Numbered from the stretch's first letter, positions 28,574 to 37,000 are shown. The stretch: DNA of 64,000 nucleotides from a candidate division WOR-3 bacterium (GCA_965648935.1 CBFGIY010000001.1:32794-96793), one strand, 5' to 3'. Notes: a model not told the origin generated them from the sequence alone. Translations and numbers: made by a program.

Positions 28574-29413
28574 CTACCGCAGGCGCGGCGCCAGGGCGCG
28601 CTCGAAGTAGTCGCGCGCCGCGAGCGCCGCCTCTTTCGGCCGCACCTCGAAGGTCAGCGTCGCCCTGGTCCGGGCAAGCATCGCCAGGAGCGGGACAAAG
28701 TCAATCCGGCCCTTGCCCGGGGCGAGGTGCTCGTCGCGCACCCCGTTGTTGTCGTGCACGTGGCAGTGGCACACGCGCGCGAGGTGCCGCCGAAAGAACT
28801 CCTGCTCGGCCGCGCGCTCGGCCGGCCTGAGGATGTTGGTATGCCCCAGGTCGTAGCACAGCCCGAGCCAGCCGCCCAGCATCCGGTCCAAGAGCCTCTG
28901 CACGAACGGGTAGCGGAACCCCCCGACATTCTCGATGCACAGCCGGGTCCGGCCCCGCGCATGGCCCTTCAGCTCGGCCAGGGCCGAACCGACCAGCTCG
29001 CGGTAGAAATCCGGGAAGTAATCGTGCGGGTACACGTACCCCGCGCCCTGCCCGTAATGCATCTCGAACCCGAGGTGCAGCACCGCCTTGGCGATGCCTG
29101 AGTCCCGGCACTGGTCCAGCAGCCGCTTCGTCTCGGCCACGCCCGCGGCCACGACCCGCCTGCTCGGCACGAAGAACGAGGGTCCCTCGATCGCGTGCAC
29201 CGCCAGCGTCAGCCCGAGCCGCACAGCCGCGGCCCGGATGCGCCTGCGCTCCCGCGCCCGTTCGAGCTGCTCCGCGAAATGCCGGTTCCCGAGGTTCAGC
29301 TCCAGCACGGGAAAGGCGTTCGCCGCGGCGAACTCGATCGCCGCGACGATGTCGTCGAAGTCGAAGAGAATCTGCAGGCCCAGGCGCGAGCGTATGGCGT
29401 CTGCCGCGTGCAC
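28574..29413 (-). CDS. Sugar-phosphate isomerase / AP-endonuclease-2 TIM-barrel protein (start uncertain)
   Basis: VHA, VLHLG, CIEN, CYDLGH, HVHDNNGVRDEHLAPGKGRID, TFEV. Confidence 0.85.
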   Translation of the reverse strand: MHAADAIRSRLGLQILFDFDDIVAAIEFAAANAFPVLELNLGNRHFAEQLERARERRRIRAAAVRLGLTLAVHAIEGPSFFVPSRRVVAAGVAETKRLLDQCRDSGIAKAVLHLGFEMHYGQGAGYVYPHDYFPDFYRELVGSALAELKGHARGRTRLCIENVGGFRYPFVQRLLDRMLGGWLGLCYDLGHTNILRPAERAAEQEFFRRHLARVCHCHVHDNNGVRDEHLAPGKGRIDFVPLLAMLARTRATLTFEVRPKEAALAARDYFERALAPRLR

Positions 29414-29489
29414 GCCCGATTCTATGGAAGTCCTCCCCGCCGTCAATTCGGTTTGGTTTTCTTTCGCGTCAAGTCCACGGATTGACAAG

Positions 29490-29861
29490 TCAGGGCGTCG
29501 GGTCGGGAATCGAAAGCACCTGCAGGCGCAGTGCGTCGAGCACGGTCTTCTTCAGCTCGCGCGCAATCCACTTGTTCTCGACCACCATCGCCTCGCGCCG
29601 CAGGGTCTCGCCCGTGAACCGCCGCTTCTTCTTCCACACCTCGCGGCAGAAATTCAGGTACCCGATGTAGGTGTGGGTCGGCACCCCGGCCTCGCCGAGT
29701 ACCTCCTTGGCCTTGTTCTCCAGTTCGGCCAGCTCCTCCTGCACCTCGGTTTGCTTCGCGACCATCCGCTCGCGCCGCGCATCCACGAGCTTCTTGATGG
29801 TCTCGGTATTGTACTTCAGATTGTAGTTGTAGACGCGGTCGACCCCGGACTTCACTCCCAC
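29490..29861 (-). CDS. 123-aa basic helical protein resembling the Adnaviria (SIRV2-fold) major capsid protein
   Basis: AGGAG RBS, own promoter, host-like codon use. Pattern R...Y..KY, long helix, E..AKEVL...GV......YLNF.R.V, W....L...VLD. The gene itself is solid; the fold call is by eye. Confidence 0.7.
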   Translation of the reverse strand: MGVKSGVDRVYNYNLKYNTETIKKLVDARRERMVAKQTEVQEELAELENKAKEVLGEAGVPTHTYIGYLNFCREVWKKKRRFTGETLRREAMVVENKWIARELKKTVLDALRLQVLSIPDPTP

Positions 29862-29953
29862 GAGTACGCTCCTTTCCCTGCACGCCGCAGCGGCAAGCCA
29901 GCCGCCGCCGCGCGCGCCTCAACCAGTCCTGAAAACGATGCCATAACGCCCCG

Positions 29954-29982
29954 ACTCTAGCGAAATCAGGCCGGCCTGTCAA
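29954..29982 (-). promoter_or_regulatory. sigma70-like promoter of the capsid-fold-like gene
   Basis: Minus strand TTGACA (29982-29977), 17 nt, TAGAGT (29959-29954). Confidence 0.7.
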
Positions 29983-30000
29983 CACCCGACAACCCGCTTA

Positions 30001-30276
30001 CCTCCCGCCGCCCAACCCCTCAACCAACTAACCAACCAGCCCAACTCTCATACCGACCACCCTTGCATCTAACCATATAACCATCAACTACTTATTCAAC
30101 CAAGTACTCATAGGTAGGGGCTAGCCCCCACACTAGCCCCCCGGCAGTACACTAGGCTGAATGACAGACTAAACTAATAGCGATACAGCTCGCCGATAGG
30201 GTAGCTATACGATGCGCTGATTACCGGCCTGCCATTAGGCCAACCCATCAGGCATTCCATCAGCCAGCCGGACCAA
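30001..30276. repeat. 12-bp-phased non-identical array (tract 2) containing the 25-nt motif at 30070-30094
   Basis: 23 of 23 consecutive 12-mers from 30001 begin with C, and 18 of 23 begin CA or CT. Lower GC, C/A-skewed; no ORF listed. Confidence 0.85.
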
Positions 30277-30610
30277 TACCTTACACAGAAGCACCAGTGG
30301 TTTGTATGCCTTGTGCTATGCTCATTCATTCGAATTACTTACGGCTCGGTCACTCGATTCAGACCGATGCTGCGGCGTCCGGCCGAGCCGTGGCGCCCAT
30401 CAACCTGCCGCTTGACGCGAGGCTTCCCAGCAAAACCACGCCGCCGGAGTCCGCTTCCCCGGCGACTCGTGCCAGTCCGTCAATCTGCCCGGCTTGCTGC
30501 CTTCGGCCAGCGACCGCAGTGTTGTCTGCTCCCCGCCGACCGACGTGCCGACCCACCACAGCGAGCGAGCCGGCGGCAGATGCGCCGCCGGCTCATAGAG
30601 ACCGCATTGC

Positions 30611-32425
30611 CTATCGGGTCTTCACCGCCTTCTTGACCCAGCTTTGTCCGCCAGACTCCAGACTGAACAGGTAGATTCCCTTGGGCACGACGTGACCTCT
30701 CTCATCTCGCCCGTCCCATAGCACCTGATGGACTCCGCCCACTGCAGTCCCCTTGCTCAGCTCTCGAACGGCCACTCCGGCAGCGTCCAAGACTCGCAGA
30801 CTGAAGACCGCATTTGCTGGAACGCTGCAAGTCAGCCGGATGCTCCTGCTGAAGTGGCTCGGCCTGACATCTACTAGCCCGACTGCGGCGCGACTCGTCC
30901 CTGGGGCGCCTGACTCGTCGACGGCAACTGTCTCCGTCCCGAAGCGGAAGACTGACGTAGAGCGCCTCGTACCCTCGCCATTTATGGCTAGAACGGACCA
31001 GAAGTACGTGGTGTTGTTCCTAAGCGGTACGACGCTGCCGTAATTGAACGACGTCCCAGTGGAACTACCCACTGTCACCTGCGGTGGATTCTGAGTGTCC
31101 AAGTTGATGTAGTACGACGTGGCACCAGCGGCGGCCTGCCAAGTCATTGTCCCTCGGGTCGCCACGCCTACGGCGTTGTTGACTGGCGTGAGCAATTCGA
31201 AGGGGCCAGGCCCGAGGGGAGCGGTCACGAAGTAGAACCTGCTATTGCACTCTCTCTGTCCTGCGCTATTTCTCGCAACAACGTACCAGTAGTATGTTCG
31301 ACCTGGAAGACAGGAGTAAGGGGTTGATGTCCCCGTGACATTGCGAAGGAATCCTGGAGGATTCGTAAGCCCGAGGTAGACATCATAGCTCGTGGCACCC
31401 GATGAAGACGCCCAACGCAACGTACCAGTGGCCGGTAACTCACGCGAACCGTTTGCTGGGGAGGTCAGGTCAAATGCGCCTGGAGCAGCAATGACCGTGC
31501 TAAAGCTGAACACAGCGTTGCACTGCCTGCTACCTGAGCTGTTTTCCGCAATCACACGCCAGTAGTATGTCTGACCATTATCGCCCGAGTATGTGGTGGA
31601 AGTCGTCGGAGCGGTCACGGTCCTGAGGTACGGAGGCGGATAGGCCGTGCCGAAGTACACCTTGTAGCGCTCTGCATTTGAGGATGTTCCCCACCGCAGC
31701 GTCCCCGAAGTTGGCTGGTTCGTGGCGCCGTCAGTAGGTGATGTGAGACTGAATGGCCCAGGTGCCGGCTGGATACGAACTGCCCCATTCACATACACTG
31801 CGATGCGATTAACCCCCATCGTATCACTACCGTTCCAGATGTTCACCTTAGCAACGTTGTTGCTGGTGTTCCAGTTTATGGAACTCGAAGGCTTGGTGAT
31901 GGACCAGAACCTCCAGGTCTCATCCAAGTAGGGCGTCGTACCAGAAGAGCTATTTATGCTGATCTGGGCGCTCGCGTTGCCTCCCTTTGCCGTTAGAAGC
32001 GCTACCACATCGACATCATCACAGCTCCCGTAGCCGGTCATGTTTAGGTTGTAGTACTCAACCGCGCCACCTGTGACCGGTATCCGCCAGCAATACGGGT
32101 TGCCGCTGATCCACGATATCCTCCCCACCGTGGTGTTGCCGGTACGCCTGAGTGATCCATTCCCGTTTGGATTAGTACCAGTGATTTCCAGAGCTCCTGT
32201 ACTCGTGTTGATGACTGCCTGCTGGCTGAAGTCATCGAACGAACCGTCAGGCAGGTTGCCCTGCCCGTCGACCGGCAACGCAGGCTGACGTGACTCCCCG
32301 ACAGGCAGGTCAAACCTGAGCGTAACCTTGCCGTTTCCTTCATCCGCCACGACCACCGGCTGAACGACTATGGCGTTCTCGATGCCGGCCGCTACGAGCA
32401 TGAGGGCAATCATGCCCACGATCAT
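30611..32425 (-). CDS. Secreted protein with three Fn3-like repeats and FlgD-like C-terminal domain; atypical composition
   Basis: GGAGGT RBS, signal peptide MIVGMIALMLVAAG. Three copies of PG.F.L..P..G......GTL.W.....A..Y...TYYW.V.A.N..G.R. C-term WDGRDERGHVVPKGIYL. Confidence 0.85.
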   Translation of the reverse strand: MIVGMIALMLVAAGIENAIVVQPVVVADEGNGKVTLRFDLPVGESRQPALPVDGQGNLPDGSFDDFSQQAVINTSTGALEITGTNPNGNGSLRRTGNTTVGRISWISGNPYCWRIPVTGGAVEYYNLNMTGYGSCDDVDVVALLTAKGGNASAQISINSSSGTTPYLDETWRFWSITKPSSSINWNTSNNVAKVNIWNGSDTMGVNRIAVYVNGAVRIQPAPGPFSLTSPTDGATNQPTSGTLRWGTSSNAERYKVYFGTAYPPPYLRTVTAPTTSTTYSGDNGQTYYWRVIAENSSGSRQCNAVFSFSTVIAAPGAFDLTSPANGSRELPATGTLRWASSSGATSYDVYLGLTNPPGFLRNVTGTSTPYSCLPGRTYYWYVVARNSAGQRECNSRFYFVTAPLGPGPFELLTPVNNAVGVATRGTMTWQAAAGATSYYINLDTQNPPQVTVGSSTGTSFNYGSVVPLRNNTTYFWSVLAINGEGTRRSTSVFRFGTETVAVDESGAPGTSRAAVGLVDVRPSHFSRSIRLTCSVPANAVFSLRVLDAAGVAVRELSKGTAVGGVHQVLWDGRDERGHVVPKGIYLFSLESGGQSWVKKAVKTR

Positions 32426-32565
32426 GCGTACCTCCCTAGTCTTGCGCCCACCGCACCAGCGTGCGCTTGCCTGCGTCTCGGCTCGGTGCCGCCGTGATGG
32501 ACTTCTTGGTATGTCGCATCGGGCAACAGAATGCACAGAGCGTGCCAAGCGGACACGAGGACGAA

Positions 32566-32600
32566 GTCAAAGGCCAAAAGCCAAAACTCAAATGCCAAAT
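32566..32600. repeat. Five tandem degenerate heptamers
   Basis: GTCAAAG GCCAAAA GCCAAAA CTCAAAT GCCAAAT. Confidence 0.75.
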
Positions 32601-32850
32601 CGACCGAGGAACGAGGTCATCCCGAGGGAATCGAGGGACCTTGCCCCGAGAGCCTGGCCCGCAACTGTCACCGAGGAGTGACGGGAGGTGTAACCGGGCG
32701 GTTACGGGCGGGGCGTTTGCGAAGCGGTGTGAATGAGGCTAACGGATGGGTGAGTGGGTGCTGGAATCGCGGGCTGGACAGGCCGAACTGAGTGCCGGCG
32801 GCTCTTGGCGTGGCCCAGACGCGCCCCTGCGGGGACGCAGTGCACTTCGT

Positions 32851-33174
32851 TCAGAGTGACATCGGGCGAGGCAGCAATGCCGCGACATACTGCTCCTCGG
32901 CCTCTGCCAGCACCTCGTCCCGGAAGTACGGACTGAGGAACTGCGGCGTGTTCAGGTCCACCTTCCGCCCGAGAATCGCCGACAACTCCTGTTCCATGTC
33001 GAAGTACGCCAACCCCGGCACGTGCCCGGGCTCGAACTCCACGAGCACGTCCACGTCGCTGTCCGGTTGGAAGTCCTCACGCAGTGCCGACCCGAAGAAG
33101 GACAGCCGGCGGATGTGGTGTCGCCGGCAGAACTCCGCAACGCGCTCGCGGTCGACATTGAGGCTGATACTCAC
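32851..33174 (-). CDS. Minimal nucleotidyltransferase (MNT, HEPN-MNT antitoxin type)
   Basis: FCRRHHIRRLSFFGSALREDF.PDSDVDVLVEF, LGRKVDL.T...LSPY.R. Confidence 0.92.
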   Translation of the reverse strand: MSISLNVDRERVAEFCRRHHIRRLSFFGSALREDFQPDSDVDVLVEFEPGHVPGLAYFDMEQELSAILGRKVDLNTPQFLSPYFRDEVLAEAEEQYVAALLPRPMSL

Positions 33175-33204
33175 GCCAGAGGATATGCCGACGGCGAGGC
33201 CGCG

Positions 33205-34560
33205 TCAAGACGCGTCGGCCGCGATGCCGAGGCGTTTGAGGATGCGGTGCAGGCTCGGGCGCTCGATGCCGAGCAGGCGCGCGGCGGCGGTGATGTTGCC
33301 GTGGGCCTCGGCCAGCGCCTTTTGGACCGCGTGGCGCTCGGCCTCGTCGACGACGGCCTTGAGCGTGCCGTCAGCCACCGGTGCCTCACTACCGTCGAGG
33401 AAGGTCTTGAGTTCAGCGACGTCGACCGTCTGCGCCTCGGCAAGCACGACGACGCGCTCCAGCAGGTTGCGCAGCTCCCTGACATTGCCCGGCCACTCGT
33501 GCGCCGCCAGCAGCGCCACGCCGTCTTGCGATATGCTGACACGCCGGTTGTGACGGAGGCTGTACCGGTCGAGAAAGAACTCAACCAGCGCAGGGATGTC
33601 ATCGCGCCGCTCGCGCAGCGGCGGCACGCGGATGGCCACGACGTTCAATCGGTGATACAGGTCTTCGCGGAAGCTCCCGGCCTTGACCGCGAAAGGCAGG
33701 TCCTTGTTGGTCGCGGCGACCACCCGCGCGTCCACGCTCAGGGCCTGGTTGCCGCCGACCCGCTGGACCTCGGCGTTCTCCAGGAACCGTAGCAGCTTGG
33801 CCTGCGCGGCCAAACTCATATCGCCAATCTCGTCGAGGAACAGCGTCCCGGTGTCGGCCTCCTGCAGGCGTCCCTTGCGCTGGGCCGACGCGCCGGTGAA
33901 CGAGCCCTTCTCGTGGCCGAACAGCTCGCTTTCGATGATGTCCCGGCTGATTGCGGCGCAGTTGAGCGCGACAAACGGCCCGTCTGACCGCAGGCTCTGC
34001 AGGTGCAGGGCGCGCGCCACCAACTCCTTGCCGACCCCGCTCTCGCCGGTCACGAGCACGCTGGCCGTAGTCGGCGCGGCCCGCGCGATGAGCTCACGCA
34101 CGCGCCGCATCGCCGCGCTCTCCCCAATCATCCGGAACCGGTCTTCCACCTCGGCCTTGAAGTGCGCCACCTGCCGCGCAAGCCTGCCCCGCTCGATGGC
34201 GTTGCTGACCGTCACGCGTATCCGGTTGGCGTCGGGCGGCTTCTCGAGGAAGTCGTATGCGCCGAGCCTCAGCGCCTCCACTGCTGCCTTGATGCTGCCC
34301 TGCCCGGACAACATCACCACCGGCAGGTTCGGCGCAATCTCCCGGACCCGCCGCAGGACCTCCAGCCCGTTGATGTCCGGCAGCATCAGGTCCAGCATCA
34401 GCGCATCGGGCACCCGCTCGGTCACCGCCTTCACGCCCGAGCCGCCGTCGGTGAACGCCTGTGCCTCCCAGCCGGCCTGCGTCAGTATCCGCCTGAGCGC
34501 ATCGGCCAGCCGCGGGTCATCGTCCACGACATAGACAAGCATTGGTCTCACTTCAGGCAT
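33205..34560 (-). CDS. NtrC/NtrX-family sigma54-type response regulator (REC-AAA+-Fis HTH)
   Basis: VVDDD, LDLMLP, GESGVGKE, ESELFGHEKGSFTGA, FLDEIGD, WPGNVREL. Confidence 0.93.
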   Translation of the reverse strand: MPEVRPMLVYVVDDDPRLADALRRILTQAGWEAQAFTDGGSGVKAVTERVPDALMLDLMLPDINGLEVLRRVREIAPNLPVVMLSGQGSIKAAVEALRLGAYDFLEKPPDANRIRVTVSNAIERGRLARQVAHFKAEVEDRFRMIGESAAMRRVRELIARAAPTTASVLVTGESGVGKELVARALHLQSLRSDGPFVALNCAAISRDIIESELFGHEKGSFTGASAQRKGRLQEADTGTLFLDEIGDMSLAAQAKLLRFLENAEVQRVGGNQALSVDARVVAATNKDLPFAVKAGSFREDLYHRLNVVAIRVPPLRERRDDIPALVEFFLDRYSLRHNRRVSISQDGVALLAAHEWPGNVRELRNLLERVVVLAEAQTVDVAELKTFLDGSEAPVADGTLKAVVDEAERHAVQKALAEAHGNITAAARLLGIERPSLHRILKRLGIAADAS

Positions 34561-34573
34561 AGCAGTGCAACCT

Positions 34574-37000
34574 CTATGCCACGACCTTCGATACGGGCAG
34601 GACGAACCGGAACGTCGCGCCCTTGCCCGGTTCGCTTTCGACTTCCACTCTGCCGCCGTGGTCCTCGGCCACCTTGCGCACGATGGTCAGACCCAACCCG
34701 GTGCCGCCGGCCTTGCGCGTGAAGAACGGCTGGAACAGCTTGGCCAGGTAATCGGGTGGAATCCCTGGGCCGGAATCCGTTACAGCTACCACGACTTCAG
34801 CCGCGGACTCAGCCCGCCGCGTCGCCACCGCCAGCCGACCCTTGCCCCCCATCGCGCCGACCGCGTTGTTGACCAAGTTGCCCAAGGCCCGGACCACCTG
34901 CTCTTCGTCCAGTTGAACTGCCGGCAGGCCTTCGGCCAAGTCCAACTTGAGTTCGATATCTCGCAGGCTGGCGACGCCCAACTCATCAAGTGCACGCCGC
35001 ACGACGGCGTTGATGTCCTTCGCCTCAAGTCGCGGCGGCTCGAAGTCAGCCAGCCTCATAAAGCCATCCGTCATCTTCGCCAGCCGGTCAACTTCCTCCT
35101 CAATCACCTTCGCCCCATCCGGGTCCACGCCTTCCATCGCCTGCGCGGTCAGCCGTATCGTACTCAAGGGCGTCTTGATGCCATGCGCCAGCCGCTGGGC
35201 AACCGGACCCCAAGCCCCAACCTTGCGAGCGTACTCGACCGCGGCAAGGTCCTCAAGACTCAACAGGTACCCGCCCAGCCGCAGGCGCGACAGCGCGGCC
35301 CGAAACGTCCGCTGTACCCCATCGACCTCCAGCACGACATCTGCGACCGCTCGCGGCAACCTGCCTTCCTTGACCTTAGGAAACTCCGCGCGCAGGGACG
35401 CGAATGACGGCTGCGTCAGCAGACCCTCAAGAACCCCGGTCCTCACACCCTTGGGCAGCACAAGCAACTCCGTTGCCCGTTTGTTGATGGATGTAACCCG
35501 CCCGCGACTACTGAACATCACGATGCCGGCCCGCTCGACCATCCCGCGTGTCACGTAACGCACGAACTCGCGATAAGAGGCGCGGGAGTACAGCAGAGCG
35601 GTCGCGGCCAGCAGAAGCAGTGCAGTGGCTGTGGAAGCAGCCCACGGCCACGGGAACGGCAGCGGTATCGCAACCAACTGGTAGAATTGCCAGCGTGGAA
35701 TCGGTGCAACTCCTGCGCGACCCGACGTAAGTTCAGTAACTCCGTCGTGTACCATGAACCCTCCGGGTCTGCCAGCGCTGCGCCGAACAGGAACCACGCG
35801 CCAGTCACTCTGGATCGCCCCACCTTCTGCGGCCGACGTTCTACGTCGAGTGGCCGGATCCCACACCAGCAGATGGCCATCCCGCGTGGACACGAGAATC
35901 TGCTCGGCAGCCCCGGGGATGATGTATCCGAGCCACCACAGGTGTTCAAGCTGAACGCCGGCCGGGGTCGAGGAAACCGTTCGCAGGTTCAGGTCTCGTA
36001 CCACGACCCTGTCTCTTTCGATGGTCACAATATCCGAGACGCCGTCACCTGTTGCGTCCAGCGTGACGAAACTGCTCGTGGAGTTGCGGACAGGAACACC
36101 CCGCAAGACCGTCCCTTTCTCCGGGTCGATTACCATCAGACGGTCGACGCTGTCTGATGCCCAATTGCTGCACGTATTCGCCACGAGCACCTGGCCGCCG
36201 TCGTCTGGCGACTCGGCCAAGGCAATCGAGACATTTGCTGCCGAGCTATCGTCCTCGGCAGGGATGCTCCATCGCAGACCACCTCGATCGTCGAAACTGA
36301 AGACGTACCCGATATGGTCTGCGAACCCATTCTCGACACAGCCGTTACACGGCGCACTGCCGCCAACGTATGTTTCCGGTCGCCCGTCCCCATCGACATC
36401 TCCGACAGCAAGTGCCCAAACCTGCGTGCCCATCCCGAACCGCCATAGCCTCTCACCGGTCACCAGATCAACTGCTGTTACGCTGCGCGGCTGCCACTGC
36501 CAGGCGAATCCCGAGACGACGCCCGCGACCATCTCCTTGACCCCGTCACTGTCCAGGTCTGCGAACGCGGCGTGCGGGATTCCACCGTCATACTGCCGTT
36601 CGCCCTTCTTGGGAGGCGCATCCACCACGAACCGGCGCAATCGCCTACCGTGGACATTCTCGACGAACACAAACAGCGACCCGGGGACGGCGGCAGTGAC
36701 CACGATGTCCGGGACCGAGTCATCACCCAGGTCAACAGCCCAGGCGGTAGAGGTGGACGAACCCCGCGGCAGGTAGCTGTCGTGTGACAACAGGAACCTC
36801 CCCTCCACATCACGGGCGCTGGCAATGTAGTTACAGACTCCATACCGCTCGTCCGACGAGTCTCCGTCGATGTCGACGGCTGCTACCGCATAGCTGATGA
36901 TGTTCGCGTCCGCAATCCGGACTACGTACCGCGGCTTGCGCTCGCACCGGACTGCGGCGACGATGAGCAGGACTGAAACAGGGAGTATCTTCCACCCCAT
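34574..37000 (-). CDS. Sensor histidine kinase with extracytoplasmic FG-GAP-repeat domain and PAS-like domain
   Basis: DIDGD/DLDSDG/DVDGDG repeats, a TM segment, LAHGIKTPL, NLVNNA, DSGPGI, FFTRK..GTGLGL. Confidence 0.88.
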   Translation of the reverse strand: MGWKILPVSVLLIVAAVRCERKPRYVVRIADANIISYAVAAVDIDGDSSDERYGVCNYIASARDVEGRFLLSHDSYLPRGSSTSTAWAVDLGDDSVPDIVVTAAVPGSLFVFVENVHGRRLRRFVVDAPPKKGERQYDGGIPHAAFADLDSDGVKEMVAGVVSGFAWQWQPRSVTAVDLVTGERLWRFGMGTQVWALAVGDVDGDGRPETYVGGSAPCNGCVENGFADHIGYVFSFDDRGGLRWSIPAEDDSSAANVSIALAESPDDGGQVLVANTCSNWASDSVDRLMVIDPEKGTVLRGVPVRNSTSSFVTLDATGDGVSDIVTIERDRVVVRDLNLRTVSSTPAGVQLEHLWWLGYIIPGAAEQILVSTRDGHLLVWDPATRRRTSAAEGGAIQSDWRVVPVRRSAGRPGGFMVHDGVTELTSGRAGVAPIPRWQFYQLVAIPLPFPWPWAASTATALLLLAATALLYSRASYREFVRYVTRGMVERAGIVMFSSRGRVTSINKRATELLVLPKGVRTGVLEGLLTQPSFASLRAEFPKVKEGRLPRAVADVVLEVDGVQRTFRAALSRLRLGGYLLSLEDLAAVEYARKVGAWGPVAQRLAHGIKTPLSTIRLTAQAMEGVDPDGAKVIEEEVDRLAKMTDGFMRLADFEPPRLEAKDINAVVRRALDELGVASLRDIELKLDLAEGLPAVQLDEEQVVRALGNLVNNAVGAMGGKGRLAVATRRAESAAEVVVAVTDSGPGIPPDYLAKLFQPFFTRKAGGTGLGLTIVRKVAEDHGGRVEVESEPGKGATFRFVLPVSKVVA

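Noticed and set aside
30001..30276. CRISPR array, plain microsatellite or protein-coding repeat
   Set aside because: There is no repeat-spacer alternation, the units are non-identical, and no ORF is listed across it.
30342..30610. Another clearly phased tract after the third motif copy
   Set aside because: The registers I checked by hand gave only a weak pyrimidine bias and no conserved C column; at best a decayed tract.
29490..33200. Intact prophage or provirus
   Set aside because: No integrase, replication protein, packaging ATPase or att pair is visible; the flanking genes are cellular.
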